From contig CBDEFO010000004.1 in NCBI GenBank assembly GCA_965237525.1, forward strand, positions 256,001-320,000: DNA of 64,000 nucleotides, given 5' to 3'. Positions 10,315-19,796 of the stretch are shown here, piece by piece. How positions within the stretch are numbered: position 1 is the stretch's first letter; each line of letters begins with the position of its first letter. The notes beneath the pieces are model-generated. The model did not search any database. It had not been told where the DNA came from and worked only from the letters and a program-made list of their open reading frames with translations. Made by a program: the position numbers and the translations under genes. This DNA is from Candidatus Latescibacterota bacterium. GTDB taxonomy: Bacteria > Latescibacterota > CBDEFO01.

Positions 10315-11833
10315 AAGCCTTGTGAAATAGTTATGTCCCAGGCAGTGTCTGAAGCGCCGATTATGGGTCAAAGAGTAGCATATCGTATCGTTTTGCTGTG
10401 GAATAAGCAAAATAGTCTTATCAGAGTTCTGGTCAGCAAGGAACAGGAGCTGTTTGAAGAACAGGATGCACTGTCTTTGACAGACAGGGCACACATAGAC
10501 GCTTTCCCCCTTCTTATGAAAGATACAAGCCTCTTGAGATTCTGTACTGTTGCAACAAGATTCAACTGTTCATTCAGTGAGGCTGGTCCTCTGTAACGGG
10601 CTCGTCCCATACCGTGTTGTTGCCTGGCTTCAGCAAAGATATGTTCACTGCGTTTACGGAGTCTCCGGGAGAGTTTGTAGTCAGCTGTTAATGAGATAGA
10701 CCGTGCATGATTTCTGGCTTTCGCCTCTCGCACTTTTCTATCCCGTTCGGCCTGAATATGTGCTGGATTTGTCTTGTTTTTCCATGTAGGAATCGGTTCA
10801 ATCTTCTCATCGGCTCGCAGAGGAATATGGGGTATGATTCCCCGGTCAAGTACATCAGCGATAAAATTACCAGAACCGTAACCGGTATCGGCACTAAGTG
10901 TCTGAATGTCTTTGGGCATGGTGTATGTTTCAAGGTCATCTACCATCTTAAGGGCACTTTCGGGCTCTGCTGTCCCTGTCGCCTGCGTGCCCTGAGTCTC
11001 AAGGATTACTCTGCTTTTTGTGTCGATCAGATCATGGCCCATAAACGAGAGAAAAGCCCCTTTGCCCTTCGATTTGCTGTATAAGCGCGCGTCGGGGTCT
11101 GTAGTCGAACGGTGTGTTTGGTTCGTCCACTTTTCACCATGAAAGTCTTTATCCTGAGGATGCCCGGACCTACCCTTTGTCTTATCACCTTCAAAACCGA
11201 TTCCCTTGAGATAATCATCAAGAGAAACAGGGGGTTCTATCGGCTCAATACTTTTCACTGAAGCATCAGCTTGTATCTGAGTGCCGTCGACACTAAGGTG
11301 TTTACCGCTCACAAGACCGACATCTATGCAACACTGGACTACCTGACGCATTATCCGTTCAAACAACCCACTGGATGCCCACTTGTGATTGCGAAGCTTG
11401 TTGATCGTGCTCCTATCCGGAACCGCATCATCAAATGTCTGATGACAAAACAACCGATATGCCGCATGCATCCCCACTTCCTGACAGAGCCGATTCTCAC
11501 TCAAATTATACAGATAGCCAATAAGGATCATTCGAACAACTAATTCAGGATCAATACCGGGTCTGCCATTGTCAGGGCAATAACAATCTGATACAACGTC
11601 TCGTACAAATGAAAAATCAACTGCCTCATCAATCTGACGAAGGATATGATCCTCGGGAACTAAATCCTCCATCTGAAAATAGTGAAACATCGGATTTGTC
11701 TGTTCCTGCTTTTGTGGGGTCATTGTTTCCTCCATGTATAATATTATCAATAACATAATATAATACATCGGAGCTGCTTTATCAATGCTTGTTCTATACT
11801 ACTTTCTGAATCTAAGGGTTTTTCACAAGGCTT
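10315..11833 (-). mobile_element. IS1182-family element, copy 2
   Basis: Same IRs; TSD TTAA at 10311-10314 (includes the purL TAA stop) and 11834-11837. Confidence 0.93.
10368..11723 (-). CDS. IS1182-family transposase
   Basis: Near-identical to copy 1. Confidence 0.92.
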   Translation of the reverse strand: MTPQKQEQTNPMFHYFQMEDLVPEDHILRQIDEAVDFSFVRDVVSDCYCPDNGRPGIDPELVVRMILIGYLYNLSENRLCQEVGMHAAYRLFCHQTFDDAVPDRSTINKLRNHKWASSGLFERIMRQVVQCCIDVGLVSGKHLSVDGTQIQADASVKSIEPIEPPVSLDDYLKGIGFEGDKTKGRSGHPQDKDFHGEKWTNQTHRSTTDPDARLYSKSKGKGAFLSFMGHDLIDTKSRVILETQGTQATGTAEPESALKMVDDLETYTMPKDIQTLSADTGYGSGNFIADVLDRGIIPHIPLRADEKIEPIPTWKNKTNPAHIQAERDRKVREAKARNHARSISLTADYKLSRRLRKRSEHIFAEARQQHGMGRARYRGPASLNEQLNLVATVQNLKRLVSFIRRGKASMCALSVKDSASCSSNSSCSLLTRTLIRLFCLFHSKTIRYATL

Positions 11834-11858
11834 TTAAGTCGGTATATGCTTTTTTTGC

Positions 11859-11887
11859 TTGACAAGAGGACGGACATTCATTATATT
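11859..11887 (+). promoter_or_regulatory. Putative sigma70 promoter
   Basis: TTGACA-17bp-TATATT upstream of the ORF at 11941. Confidence 0.6.
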
Positions 11888-11940
11888 TTCCCCTGTGTAC
11901 TGAACATTAGTATAATACTGTCGAGACGAAAGGGGGAAAA

Positions 11941-12204
11941 ATGGATATGGAGGAGATCTCTATAAGACCAGTGTTCTGGGACAGTAAGTTGAGTAACGCA
12001 GCAAAGGTCTTGTATTTTGCTATTATTATGTGGGACTATAACGGCAGCTGTGCTGCAGGGATAAGTAGAATATGCAAAACCCTTGGCAAGTCCCCAAGCG
12101 CTATAAGCATGAGATTGAAAGAACTGGCGGACGGTGGGTATGTAACCGTAAAATATCGAGGTCAGGGTCGAACTGCGGTCATAATAGCTTCAATTTCGCC
12201 ATGA
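11941..12204 (+). CDS. Winged-HTH protein resembling the N-terminus of phage/plasmid replication initiators; probably truncated
   Basis: LS..AK.LY...G.C......LG.S...IS..LKEL...GY.....RG.G pattern; followed by a degenerate repeat tract. Confidence 0.6.
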   Translation: MDMEEISIRPVFWDSKLSNAAKVLYFAIIMWDYNGSCAAGISRICKTLGKSPSAISMRLKELADGGYVTVKYRGQGRTAVIIASISP

Positions 12205-12222
12205 CATCCACAGAATATTGGG

Positions 12223-12420
12223 CATCAAAATCTAAAAGAAGCTGAGGATCACTATCAAGACCTCTAATACATTTGGAGACCAAGGTCTGCAAGAAGCTAA
12301 AGATCAAGCGTAAGATCTACGAGACATTGAAGACCCAGACCTCCAAAGGGTTAGAGATCAGCTAGTGAGACTTACAAGATATTAAGGATCAAGACCTCCA
12401 AAGACGTAGAGATCAAGGTA
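12223..12420 (+). repeat. Degenerate ~24-30 bp direct-repeat tract (iteron-like)
   Basis: Recurring CAAGACCTC(C/T)AA...GAGATCA units, e.g. ~12337-12360 and 12390-12417. Confidence 0.55.
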
Positions 12421-12674
12421 ATGTATTGGATCTAAATGCACAATCTGTCACTAATTCAAAGGATTGATGGAGGATCTGGAAAATTGGAAGTGCTTGTTAA
12501 ACAATGTCTTTGGCGGTAAGGCCAAGCAATCTATGCATACGGTGCATACCTTACTGTACTTGTTGTCTACAAAAAGATATTTTGTGTGGCAAAGTTATAT
12601 ATACGTATGCAGGGTATGCACGGTCTACACACTTTGCATAGCCTCCTCCGTCTACTATTTCCAGCAGCAGACTA

Positions 12675-13748
12675 ATGCCCATATTCTCACACACTGACTT
12701 GAGAGAACTTTCCGTTTGTATATTCAAAAACGCCGGTGTCGCCTCAGATGAAGCAGAGATCATAAGCGATCATCTTGTGGATGCCAATCTGTGCGGCCAC
12801 GACTCGCACGGTGTTTTAAGGATTTCCAGCTACGTAACCGAGATCCAAGCGGGACACGCGCTCCACAGCGAGGCCAGCGCAGGTCGCTGCCAGATTGTAA
12901 AAGAGACTCCGTGCACGGCTGTGATAGACGCCAGGGGAGGATTCGGGATCGTGGCGGCGCTGAGGGCGATGCAGATGGCCATAGAAAAGGCAAGAGAACA
13001 CACCTTCGGCTCAGTCGGCGTCCATCGCTGCACTCATACGGGACGTCTGGGAGACTATCCGCCAAGGGCCGCAAGAGAGGGGATGATCGGGATTGTTCTT
13101 CTAAATGGCGGCGGCCGGTTTGTCGCTCCATTCGGCGGGAGTGAGCGCAGGCTGCCCCCGAATCCGATCTCTGTGAGCGTTCCAAAAGCTGACGGAGAAC
13201 CGATTATGCTGGACATCACGACCAGCGTGGTCGCAGGAGGCAAGATAGAACTAAAAGCCGCAAGGGGTGAAAAGATGCCAGAGGGATGGATGAAGAAAAG
13301 CGATGGGAGTCCAACTACTGATCCCAGAGATTTTGGCGAAGATCCCTCCACTTTCGTCCCACCCTTAGGCGGACCTGCAGGGCACAAAGGGTTCGGACTC
13401 GGGATGATCGTGGACCTGCTCGCAGGGGGTCTCTCCTGGGCGGGATGCAGTCAGCCCGACCCGACGCGCGGCGCCTGCGGTTTTTTGGCTATGGCTATCA
13501 AGATAGAGAGTTTCATTGACCTTGAGGAATATGAAAGAGAGGCTCAGATCCTAACAGACTGGGTGAAATCCTCAAAGACGCTGCCCGGAGTCGAGAGGAT
13601 ATACGTCCCCGGAGAGATAGAGCAAGAGACCCGAAAGGCAAGACTCAAAGCTGGCATATACATAGAGGAGTCCACGTGGAATAAGATAAGAAGCACAGCA
13701 GAGGACTTAAACGTCCCCGTCCCTAGGCAAGTGGAGAGTGGTCAGTAG
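12675..13748 (+). CDS. Ldh_2 family (malate/L-lactate/ureidoglycolate-type) oxidoreductase
   Basis: G.DSHG, HTGRLGDY, PNPI, LDITTS, GHKGFGL, YVPGEIE motifs. Confidence 0.9.
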   Translation: MPIFSHTDLRELSVCIFKNAGVASDEAEIISDHLVDANLCGHDSHGVLRISSYVTEIQAGHALHSEASAGRCQIVKETPCTAVIDARGGFGIVAALRAMQMAIEKAREHTFGSVGVHRCTHTGRLGDYPPRAAREGMIGIVLLNGGGRFVAPFGGSERRLPPNPISVSVPKADGEPIMLDITTSVVAGGKIELKAARGEKMPEGWMKKSDGSPTTDPRDFGEDPSTFVPPLGGPAGHKGFGLGMIVDLLAGGLSWAGCSQPDPTRGACGFLAMAIKIESFIDLEEYEREAQILTDWVKSSKTLPGVERIYVPGEIEQETRKARLKAGIYIEESTWNKIRSTAEDLNVPVPRQVESGQ

Positions 13749-13825
13749 CTCCGACCCCCAACAGCATCAATTTGGGTCAGGGACAGGCAAGGACAGACAC
13801 ACCCATTAGACACTAGACAGAATGT

Positions 13826-14040
13826 TGTAGGGGCGAGGTCCACTCGCCCCAAGGCAGACACACGGGTCTGCTGACCCCTCTGTATCCCCCCTTAATAAGG
13901 GGGGATACAGAGGGGTTGAATGTAGGGGCGATCCCCGATTGAGCCATTCGGGGACAGGCCCGCGTGGCAGTGTAGGGGCAGATAAGGCAACAACCCATCC
14001 CCGCTCCCCTATAGATTCAATAGGGGATCACAATCGGGGA
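13826..14040. repeat. Mosaic intergenic cluster: GTAG REPs, a perfect 43-bp palindrome (13874-13916) and family C palindromes (13932-13954, 14005-14027)
   Basis: Read directly from the sequence. Confidence 0.8.
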
Positions 14041-14107
14041 AGTGGTTCGCCCTCCAGTAGATACAGGTGGCACCTCACGATGATTATGGCAACAGGAGCA
14101 AAAAAAG

Positions 14108-15271
14108 ATGAATCAAAGTTCTATGTTCACTATTCCACCTGTGGTGATCACAGGCCCTGATGCCTCTACATCTGTCGGTGAGGAGGCAAAAAGGATCAGC
14201 GGAACCAGGGCGCTTATCGTTACTGACAAGGGCATATCCGAATTGGGCTATGTGGAGAGGATTGCAGAGAAGTTGAAAGATGAGAAAATATCGTTTGCGG
14301 TCTTCGACGACGTCCAGCCCGATCCCACAACGAAGAACGTCATAGACGGATTGGAGATATACAAAAGGGAAAATTGCGATTTTCTGGTTGCCGTCGGCGG
14401 AGGGAGTCCCATAGACTCGGCCAAGGGCACCGCCGTAATGGCGGCGAACCATGGCAATTTACAAGACTATCAGGGCGTGGGCAAGATACCACATCCGGGG
14501 GCTCCTTTGATAGCTATTCCCACAACGGCGGGGACTGGCAGCGAGGTGACCAAAGTGGCAGTGATCACAGACACAGAGAGGAATGTGAAGATGATGATGA
14601 GCAGTCCGTGTTTACTGGCAACAGCCGCTTTAGTTGATCCGCTCTTGACCCTTTCGGTTCCTCCGGCGCTCACGGCTGCAGTCGGCGTGGATTCTCTGGC
14701 GCACGCGGTGGAGGCTTACATCTCCCAAAGGGCTCAGCCCATCACAGACGCCCTTGCGCTGTCGGCTGTGGGACTTATCTCGGGGAACCTGAGATCCGCC
14801 TGGGCAAACGGCGACGACATAGAGGCAAGGACTAATATGACGATAGCAGCCACGAAGGCCGGCATGGCGTTCAGCAATTCGTCTGTCGCCCTGGTGCACG
14901 GCATGTCCCGCCCGATAGGGGCGTACTTCCACATACATCACGGTCTTTCCAACGCCGTCCTGCTCCCTGCTGTTATGGAGTTCACCTTTGTGGGAAATCT
15001 GGAGAGGTTTGCCGACATCGCCCTTGCGATGGGAGAGAACTTGGAGGGACTATCCTTAAGGGAAAGTGCCCGGAAAGCTGTGGAGGCGATAGTGGACTTG
15101 AATCGGGATATAGAGATGCCTCGTCTGGGCGACATAGGGGTAACGGAGGACAAACTGAAGCACGTGGTCCAAAAGATGGCAGAGGACGCCATAGACAGCG
15201 GGAGTCCGGCCAACAATCCTCGCGTCGCTTCGAAGGAGCAGATTATAGAGCTTTACTTCAAGTCACTGTGA
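14108..15271 (+). CDS. Iron-containing alcohol dehydrogenase
   Basis: GGGSPID, IPTTAGTGSEVT, D.LAHAVE, HGMS, HHGLSNA. Confidence 0.95.
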   Translation: MNQSSMFTIPPVVITGPDASTSVGEEAKRISGTRALIVTDKGISELGYVERIAEKLKDEKISFAVFDDVQPDPTTKNVIDGLEIYKRENCDFLVAVGGGSPIDSAKGTAVMAANHGNLQDYQGVGKIPHPGAPLIAIPTTAGTGSEVTKVAVITDTERNVKMMMSSPCLLATAALVDPLLTLSVPPALTAAVGVDSLAHAVEAYISQRAQPITDALALSAVGLISGNLRSAWANGDDIEARTNMTIAATKAGMAFSNSSVALVHGMSRPIGAYFHIHHGLSNAVLLPAVMEFTFVGNLERFADIALAMGENLEGLSLRESARKAVEAIVDLNRDIEMPRLGDIGVTEDKLKHVVQKMAEDAIDSGSPANNPRVASKEQIIELYFKSL

Positions 15272-15313
15272 TCTAAAACCCCTTACTGTGATTGAGATGG
15301 CGAAGCTTGCTCA

Positions 15314-15448
15314 TGTAGGCCCAGCACCTCGCACCCCTTGAGTCCCCGATTGAATCTATCGGGGGTCCACTCACCCCCAAGGGCAGACACACGGGTCTGC
15401 CCCTACACATGCGCTGGTCTATGTAGGGGAGAACCCACGTGTTCGCCC
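15314..15448. repeat. GTAG-REP cluster with a nested family C palindrome (15343-15365)
   Basis: GGGCAGACACACGGGTCTGCCCCTACA at 15381-15407; TGTAGGGGAGAACCCACGTGTTCGCCC at 15422-15448. Confidence 0.8.
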
Positions 15449-15449
15449 A

Positions 15450-15503
15450 GTACTCATCGGACTTGGCTACCTCTTTGACTGTAAGCATGTCGTGGATATC
15501 CAT
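15450..15503 (-). pseudogene. N-terminal fragment of an excisionase-like HTH protein
   Basis: MDIHDMLTVKEVAK preceded by RBS AAGGAGG; runs into REP sequence. Confidence 0.45.
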
Positions 15504-15537
15504 CTTTCCCTCCTTTTGGTAAAGGGCTATTACTTTC

Positions 15538-15634
15538 TTGGTGACCCCTGGTGACCCTTTACTATAAAGTTTTCATATTTTCAATAAATCGTTTTTTCAA
15601 AAGTTCTATGCAAAGGGTCACCAACCCTCACCAA
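15538..15634. repeat. Inverted iteron-like pairs flanking an AT-rich core (origin-like)
   Basis: TTGGTGACCCCTGGTGACCCTTT ... AAAGGGTCACCAACCCTCACCAA. Confidence 0.55.
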
Positions 15635-15639
15635 CTGTC

Positions 15640-15843
15640 TTAAGTATCTACCAGCCCGATTCCAATGTAGTAATATTTTCCAGCAATCCTTTTTTTCTCA
15701 AGCATTTCTCCCATCCGCGTTCCAAACACTGTACTGCTCACCGTCCTATAACCATTTTGATCGCAGAATTCGCAATATTTCTTATACAGGTGAATGCTGA
15801 GACTCCAATGCGCTGTTCTTAAACAGACAGTGGGATTCTCCAA
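15640..15843 (-). pseudogene. C-terminal winged-helix fragment of a P4/D5-like primase-helicase
   Basis: LYKKYCEFCDQNGYRTVSSTVFGTRM...KR..GKYYYIGIGL; no upstream ATPase domain. Confidence 0.55.
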
Positions 15844-15865
15844 TTGCGATTATTTAAAATTTAGA

Positions 15866-15894
15866 TTGACTTTCTTGGTATTACTCCCTATTAT
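15866..15894 (+). promoter_or_regulatory. Putative sigma70 promoter of the xdh-like operon
   Basis: TTGACT-17bp-TATTAT. Confidence 0.5.
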
Positions 15895-16038
15895 TATTTG
15901 TTCAAAAATATTAATAGATATAGGCATCTCTGCACAAGGTAAGATAGAAATTTGAACTTACGATCCGAACCGGTTGAATGGGATTTGCTGGCAGTAATCA
16001 TTCCGTGTTGGATCTTATATTGAAAGGAGACAAGCGTT

Positions 16039-16920
16039 TTGCAAGCTATTGACTATGCTTCTGCTCAAACTGTGGATGAGGCGGTGTCCCTGCTCAAGGG
16101 AAAGGGAGATCAGGCCAGAGTCTTAAGCGGAGGGACTGACATAATAGTTCAGGTCAGAGAGAACCGTCGAAGCCTGAAACTTCTGGTGGACGTCAAGCAA
16201 ATTCCAGAGGTCAACCAATTGTCATATCACCCCACAGAGGGGCTCCATCTTGGGGCCGCAGTCCCCTGCTACACAATCTACGAAGACAAGACCGTTGTCC
16301 AGAAGTACCCGGGCCTTATAGATGCGGTTTCACTGATAGGCGGGATTCAGATACAGGCGAGAGCCACCGTAGGGGGGAATCTGTGCAATGCCTCCCCTGC
16401 AGCCGATGGCATACCGCCCCTTATCGTCCTGAATGCGCTCTGTGTAATTACGGGCCCCAATGGAACAAGAGAAGTCCCTGCCGAGGAGTTCTGCACGGCA
16501 CCGGGGCAGACTGTCTTGAAAGACGGAGAGCTTCTTTTATCTTTTAAGATTCCGCCGCCACAGGAAAATTCGGGGGCTTTCTATCTCCGCTTTATCCCTC
16601 GAAACGAAATGGATATAGCCGTTGTAGGAGCTGGGGCGTCGGTGGTTTTAGACGATGCTGGAACGTCCTTTGTATCGGCTAAGGTCGCACTTGCAGCGGT
16701 GGCCCCAACCCCACTTTTGGTGGAGGAGGCAGGAGAGCTGCTTTCGGGAAGTCAAGTCTCTGACGAGATCATAGCAAGCGCAGCACAAGCGGCCGAGGCG
16801 GCATCCAGACCGATAAGCGATATGCGCGGGACAGTCGCTCAGAGGCGGCACCTGGTGGGCGTGTTGACCCGGCGCGCCATAAACGGAGCGATTCAAAGAG
16901 CAACAGACGGCAAGCAGTAG
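16039..16920 (+). CDS. Xanthine dehydrogenase family FAD-binding subunit (CoxM-like)
   Basis: SGGTDI, ATVGGNLCNASPAAD, PISDMRG. Confidence 0.93.
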   Translation: MQAIDYASAQTVDEAVSLLKGKGDQARVLSGGTDIIVQVRENRRSLKLLVDVKQIPEVNQLSYHPTEGLHLGAAVPCYTIYEDKTVVQKYPGLIDAVSLIGGIQIQARATVGGNLCNASPAADGIPPLIVLNALCVITGPNGTREVPAEEFCTAPGQTVLKDGELLLSFKIPPPQENSGAFYLRFIPRNEMDIAVVGAGASVVLDDAGTSFVSAKVALAAVAPTPLLVEEAGELLSGSQVSDEIIASAAQAAEAASRPISDMRGTVAQRRHLVGVLTRRAINGAIQRATDGKQ

Positions 16921-16999
16921 AACTGACATTATCGTCTGTTATGCCGCTGGACACGAATTCCTGACCTACTGTCTATTAATCTGTAAGGAGGCTCGGTAA

Positions 17000-17482
17000 A
17001 TGAATAGAAAAGTTCATGTGCAAACTAAGATCAACGGCGAAGAGGTCGAGTTCCTCTCTGAACCTCGTCAAAGTCTCCTGGAAGTCTTACGGGACGAACT
17101 CTTTCTGACGGGCACCAAGGAGGGCTGTAATAACGGCAATTGCGGGGCGTGCAACGTCATCCTGGACGGACGATTGGTGAATTCCTGCATGGTTTTAGGT
17201 GTCGAGGTAGAAGGTAAAGAGATGACCACCATAGAGGGAATTGCAGATGAAAGAGGGCTCCATCCGATCCAGCAGAAGTTCCTGGAGCACGCCGCCCTCC
17301 AGTGCGGGGTATGCACCCCGGGATTCATCGTAGCGGCAAAGGCCCTTTTAGATAAAATACCCGAGCCTACAGAACATCAGGCTCGGTACTGGTTAGCCGG
17401 TAATCTCTGTCGGTGCACAGGCTACGATAAAATCATCAGAGCCGTCCTGGATGTGGCTCAATCAACAGACGGGGGAGAATAA
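17000..17482 (+). CDS. Xanthine dehydrogenase family 2Fe-2S subunit (CoxS-like)
   Basis: GTKEGC..G.CGAC, QCGVCTPG, GNLCRCTGY. Confidence 0.95.
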   Translation: MNRKVHVQTKINGEEVEFLSEPRQSLLEVLRDELFLTGTKEGCNNGNCGACNVILDGRLVNSCMVLGVEVEGKEMTTIEGIADERGLHPIQQKFLEHAALQCGVCTPGFIVAAKALLDKIPEPTEHQARYWLAGNLCRCTGYDKIIRAVLDVAQSTDGGE

Positions 17483-19791
17483 TGGCAACAGGGGTTAAGA
17501 ACGACTATAAGGTTATCGGCACCCGTCCGATCCGACACGATGGCACGGACAAGGTGACCGGAAGAGCGATATATGGAGCGGACGTCTATATGGCTGGGAC
17601 CCTGCACGGAAAGGTGTTGAGGAGTCCTCATGCCCACGCAAGGATTCGTTCCATCGATACAAGTCGGGCACTTAAACTTGATGGCGTGAAGGCTGTGGTG
17701 ACATCCAAGGATCTTCCTGAGCTGGCTGACAAGATCGCTGATTTGGGTGAAGGCGCCGTGAATCTGAAGTTTCTGGGCGACAATGTCCTTGCTGGAGAAA
17801 AGGTGCTCTACAAGGGACATGCGGTGGCCGCCGTGGCGGCTGTCAATGCACATGTGGCCGAGGAGGCGTTATCCTTAATAGACGTAGACTATGAGGTCCT
17901 GCCGCCGGTGATGGACGTGCAAAAGGCGATGGAGGACGACGCTCCTCTGTTGCACGATACTCTGACTACGAAGTCCCTGGGCGAAAAGACGGACGTAGTG
18001 AGCAATATAGCCGAGCACTTTCAATTCAAGATGGGGGATATTGAACAGGGCTTCAAAGAGGCGGATGTAGTGATCGAGCGCGAATTCAACACAGCTACAG
18101 TGCATCAGGGCTACATCGAGCCGCACAACGTAACAGCCCTCTGGAAGCCCGACCGGCAGAGTGGCCGCTTTGACGGGGAGGCAGCAAGCCAGGACAGCGG
18201 CCACCTGACCGTCTGGTGCAGCACTCAAGGGGCGTTCACCGTGCGTCATCAGTTGTCAGAACTCCTGCAGATGCCCATCTCGAACATTAAGGTAATACCA
18301 GCCGAGATCGGCGGCGGTTTCGGAGGGAAAATTCAGGTCTATATAAAGCCTGTAGCTGCCCTCCTTTCCCGCAAGACAGGACACCCTGTCAAGATCGTGA
18401 TGAACCGGGACGAGGTCTTCCAAGGCACAGGTCCTACACCCGCCACCTACATGAAGATGAAGATCGGAGCGACGAAAGCAGGACAGATCACCGCTGCACA
18501 GGCATACCTTGCATACGAAGCTGGGGCATATCCCGGTTCTCCAGTGGGTGCAGGCGCTATGTGCGTCTTTGCCCCCTACGAGATAGACAACGTCGTGATC
18601 GACGGATTCGACGTTGTGGTGAACAAACCCAAGACCTCCGCCTACAGGGCACCCGGCGCCACTAGCGCGGCCTTTGCCACAGAGACGGTGGTAGATGAAA
18701 TATGTGAGGAACTCTCAATAGACCCTCTCGAGTTTCGCATCAAGAACGGCGCCAAAGAGGGCACCCGACGCGCCGATGGACCCGTATTCCCTCGCATCGG
18801 CTGCATAGAGACCACCGAGGCGGCTCTGAATCACGAACACTATTCGGCGGCGCTGGAAGGGCCAAACAGAGGCAGAGGCGTCGCCTCGGGCTTCTGGTTC
18901 AACGTCGGACTCCAGTCCTCGGCCTCGGCCAGCGTGAACCCTGACGGGACGGTGAGCCTCGTAGAGGGATCCCCGGACATCGGCGGCACACGGGCATCTG
19001 CGGCTATGCAGCTGGCAGAAGTGTTAGGCATTCCCGCAGAGGACGTCCACCCGATAGTCGGGGATACGGATTCTGTTGGATTCACGGAGGTCACCGGAGG
19101 TAGTCGTGTGACGTTCGCCACCGGATGGGCTTGTATAGAGGCGGGCGAGGACATCAAACGGCAGCTAATGGAACGCGCCGCCAAGCTCTGGGAGATCTCC
19201 TCGGAGGAGGTAGAATTTGAGGACGGCGTATTTAAGGCTGTGGGCGACCCGTCCAAGACCATCACTTTTAAGGAACTATCCGGAAAGCTGAATGAGACCG
19301 GCGGCCCCGTCGCGGGGCGTGCCTCAGTAGATCCTACGGGAGTTGGGGGAGCGTTTGCGACCCACATAGTGGATGTGGAGGTCGACCCGGAGACCGGTAA
19401 GACCCAGATTCTGCGCTACACCGCCGTGCAGGACGCCGGAAAGGCGATCCATCCGAGCTATGTGGAAGGACAGATGCAGGGCGGATCGGTGCAGGGCATC
19501 GGATGGGCTCTGAACGAAGAGTACATGTACGACGATGAGGGAAACATGCTGAACGCGAGTCTTCTGGATTACCGAATGCCCACGAGTCTGGATCTGCCTA
19601 TGATAGACACGCTGATAGTCGAAGTGCCAAATCCGGGCCATCCCTTCGGGGTGCGAGGCGTCGGCGAGGTCCCTATAGTTCCTCCCCCGGCCGCCATAGC
19701 AAACGCTATCTATCGTGCGGTCGGCGTTCGGATGAGGCTACTGCCGGCGTCCCCCGGTCGCGTCCTGGAAGCACTCTGGGAGAAAGGGTAG
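17482..19791 (+). CDS. Xanthine dehydrogenase family molybdopterin-binding subunit
   Basis: KVTGRA.Y..D, GGGFGGK, AYRAPG, EGQMQGG, GVGE; short insert RQSGRFDGEAASQDS. Confidence 0.93.
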   Translation: MATGVKNDYKVIGTRPIRHDGTDKVTGRAIYGADVYMAGTLHGKVLRSPHAHARIRSIDTSRALKLDGVKAVVTSKDLPELADKIADLGEGAVNLKFLGDNVLAGEKVLYKGHAVAAVAAVNAHVAEEALSLIDVDYEVLPPVMDVQKAMEDDAPLLHDTLTTKSLGEKTDVVSNIAEHFQFKMGDIEQGFKEADVVIEREFNTATVHQGYIEPHNVTALWKPDRQSGRFDGEAASQDSGHLTVWCSTQGAFTVRHQLSELLQMPISNIKVIPAEIGGGFGGKIQVYIKPVAALLSRKTGHPVKIVMNRDEVFQGTGPTPATYMKMKIGATKAGQITAAQAYLAYEAGAYPGSPVGAGAMCVFAPYEIDNVVIDGFDVVVNKPKTSAYRAPGATSAAFATETVVDEICEELSIDPLEFRIKNGAKEGTRRADGPVFPRIGCIETTEAALNHEHYSAALEGPNRGRGVASGFWFNVGLQSSASASVNPDGTVSLVEGSPDIGGTRASAAMQLAEVLGIPAEDVHPIVGDTDSVGFTEVTGGSRVTFATGWACIEAGEDIKRQLMERAAKLWEISSEEVEFEDGVFKAVGDPSKTITFKELSGKLNETGGPVAGRASVDPTGVGGAFATHIVDVEVDPETGKTQILRYTAVQDAGKAIHPSYVEGQMQGGSVQGIGWALNEEYMYDDEGNMLNASLLDYRMPTSLDLPMIDTLIVEVPNPGHPFGVRGVGEVPIVPPPAAIANAIYRAVGVRMRLLPASPGRVLEALWEKG
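18155..18191 (+). repeat. Repeat family A copy inside the Xdh Mo-subunit CDS
   Basis: GGCAGAGTGGCCGCTTTGACGGG-GAGGCAGCAAGCCA vs the 29603 and 29710 units. Confidence 0.7.
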
Positions 19792-19796
19792 TCTCT

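Noticed and set aside
5556..11833. Composite transposon carrying purL between two direct IS1182 copies
   Set aside because: Each copy has its own TSD (CTAA/CTAA and TTAA/TTAA), indicating independent insertions
12223..12420. CRISPR array
   Set aside because: Units are degenerate, lack unique spacers of constant length, and there are no cas genes
17482..19791. Aerobic CO dehydrogenase CoxL
   Set aside because: The active-site loop is AYRAPG, not AYXCSFR or AYXGAGR; substrate unknown
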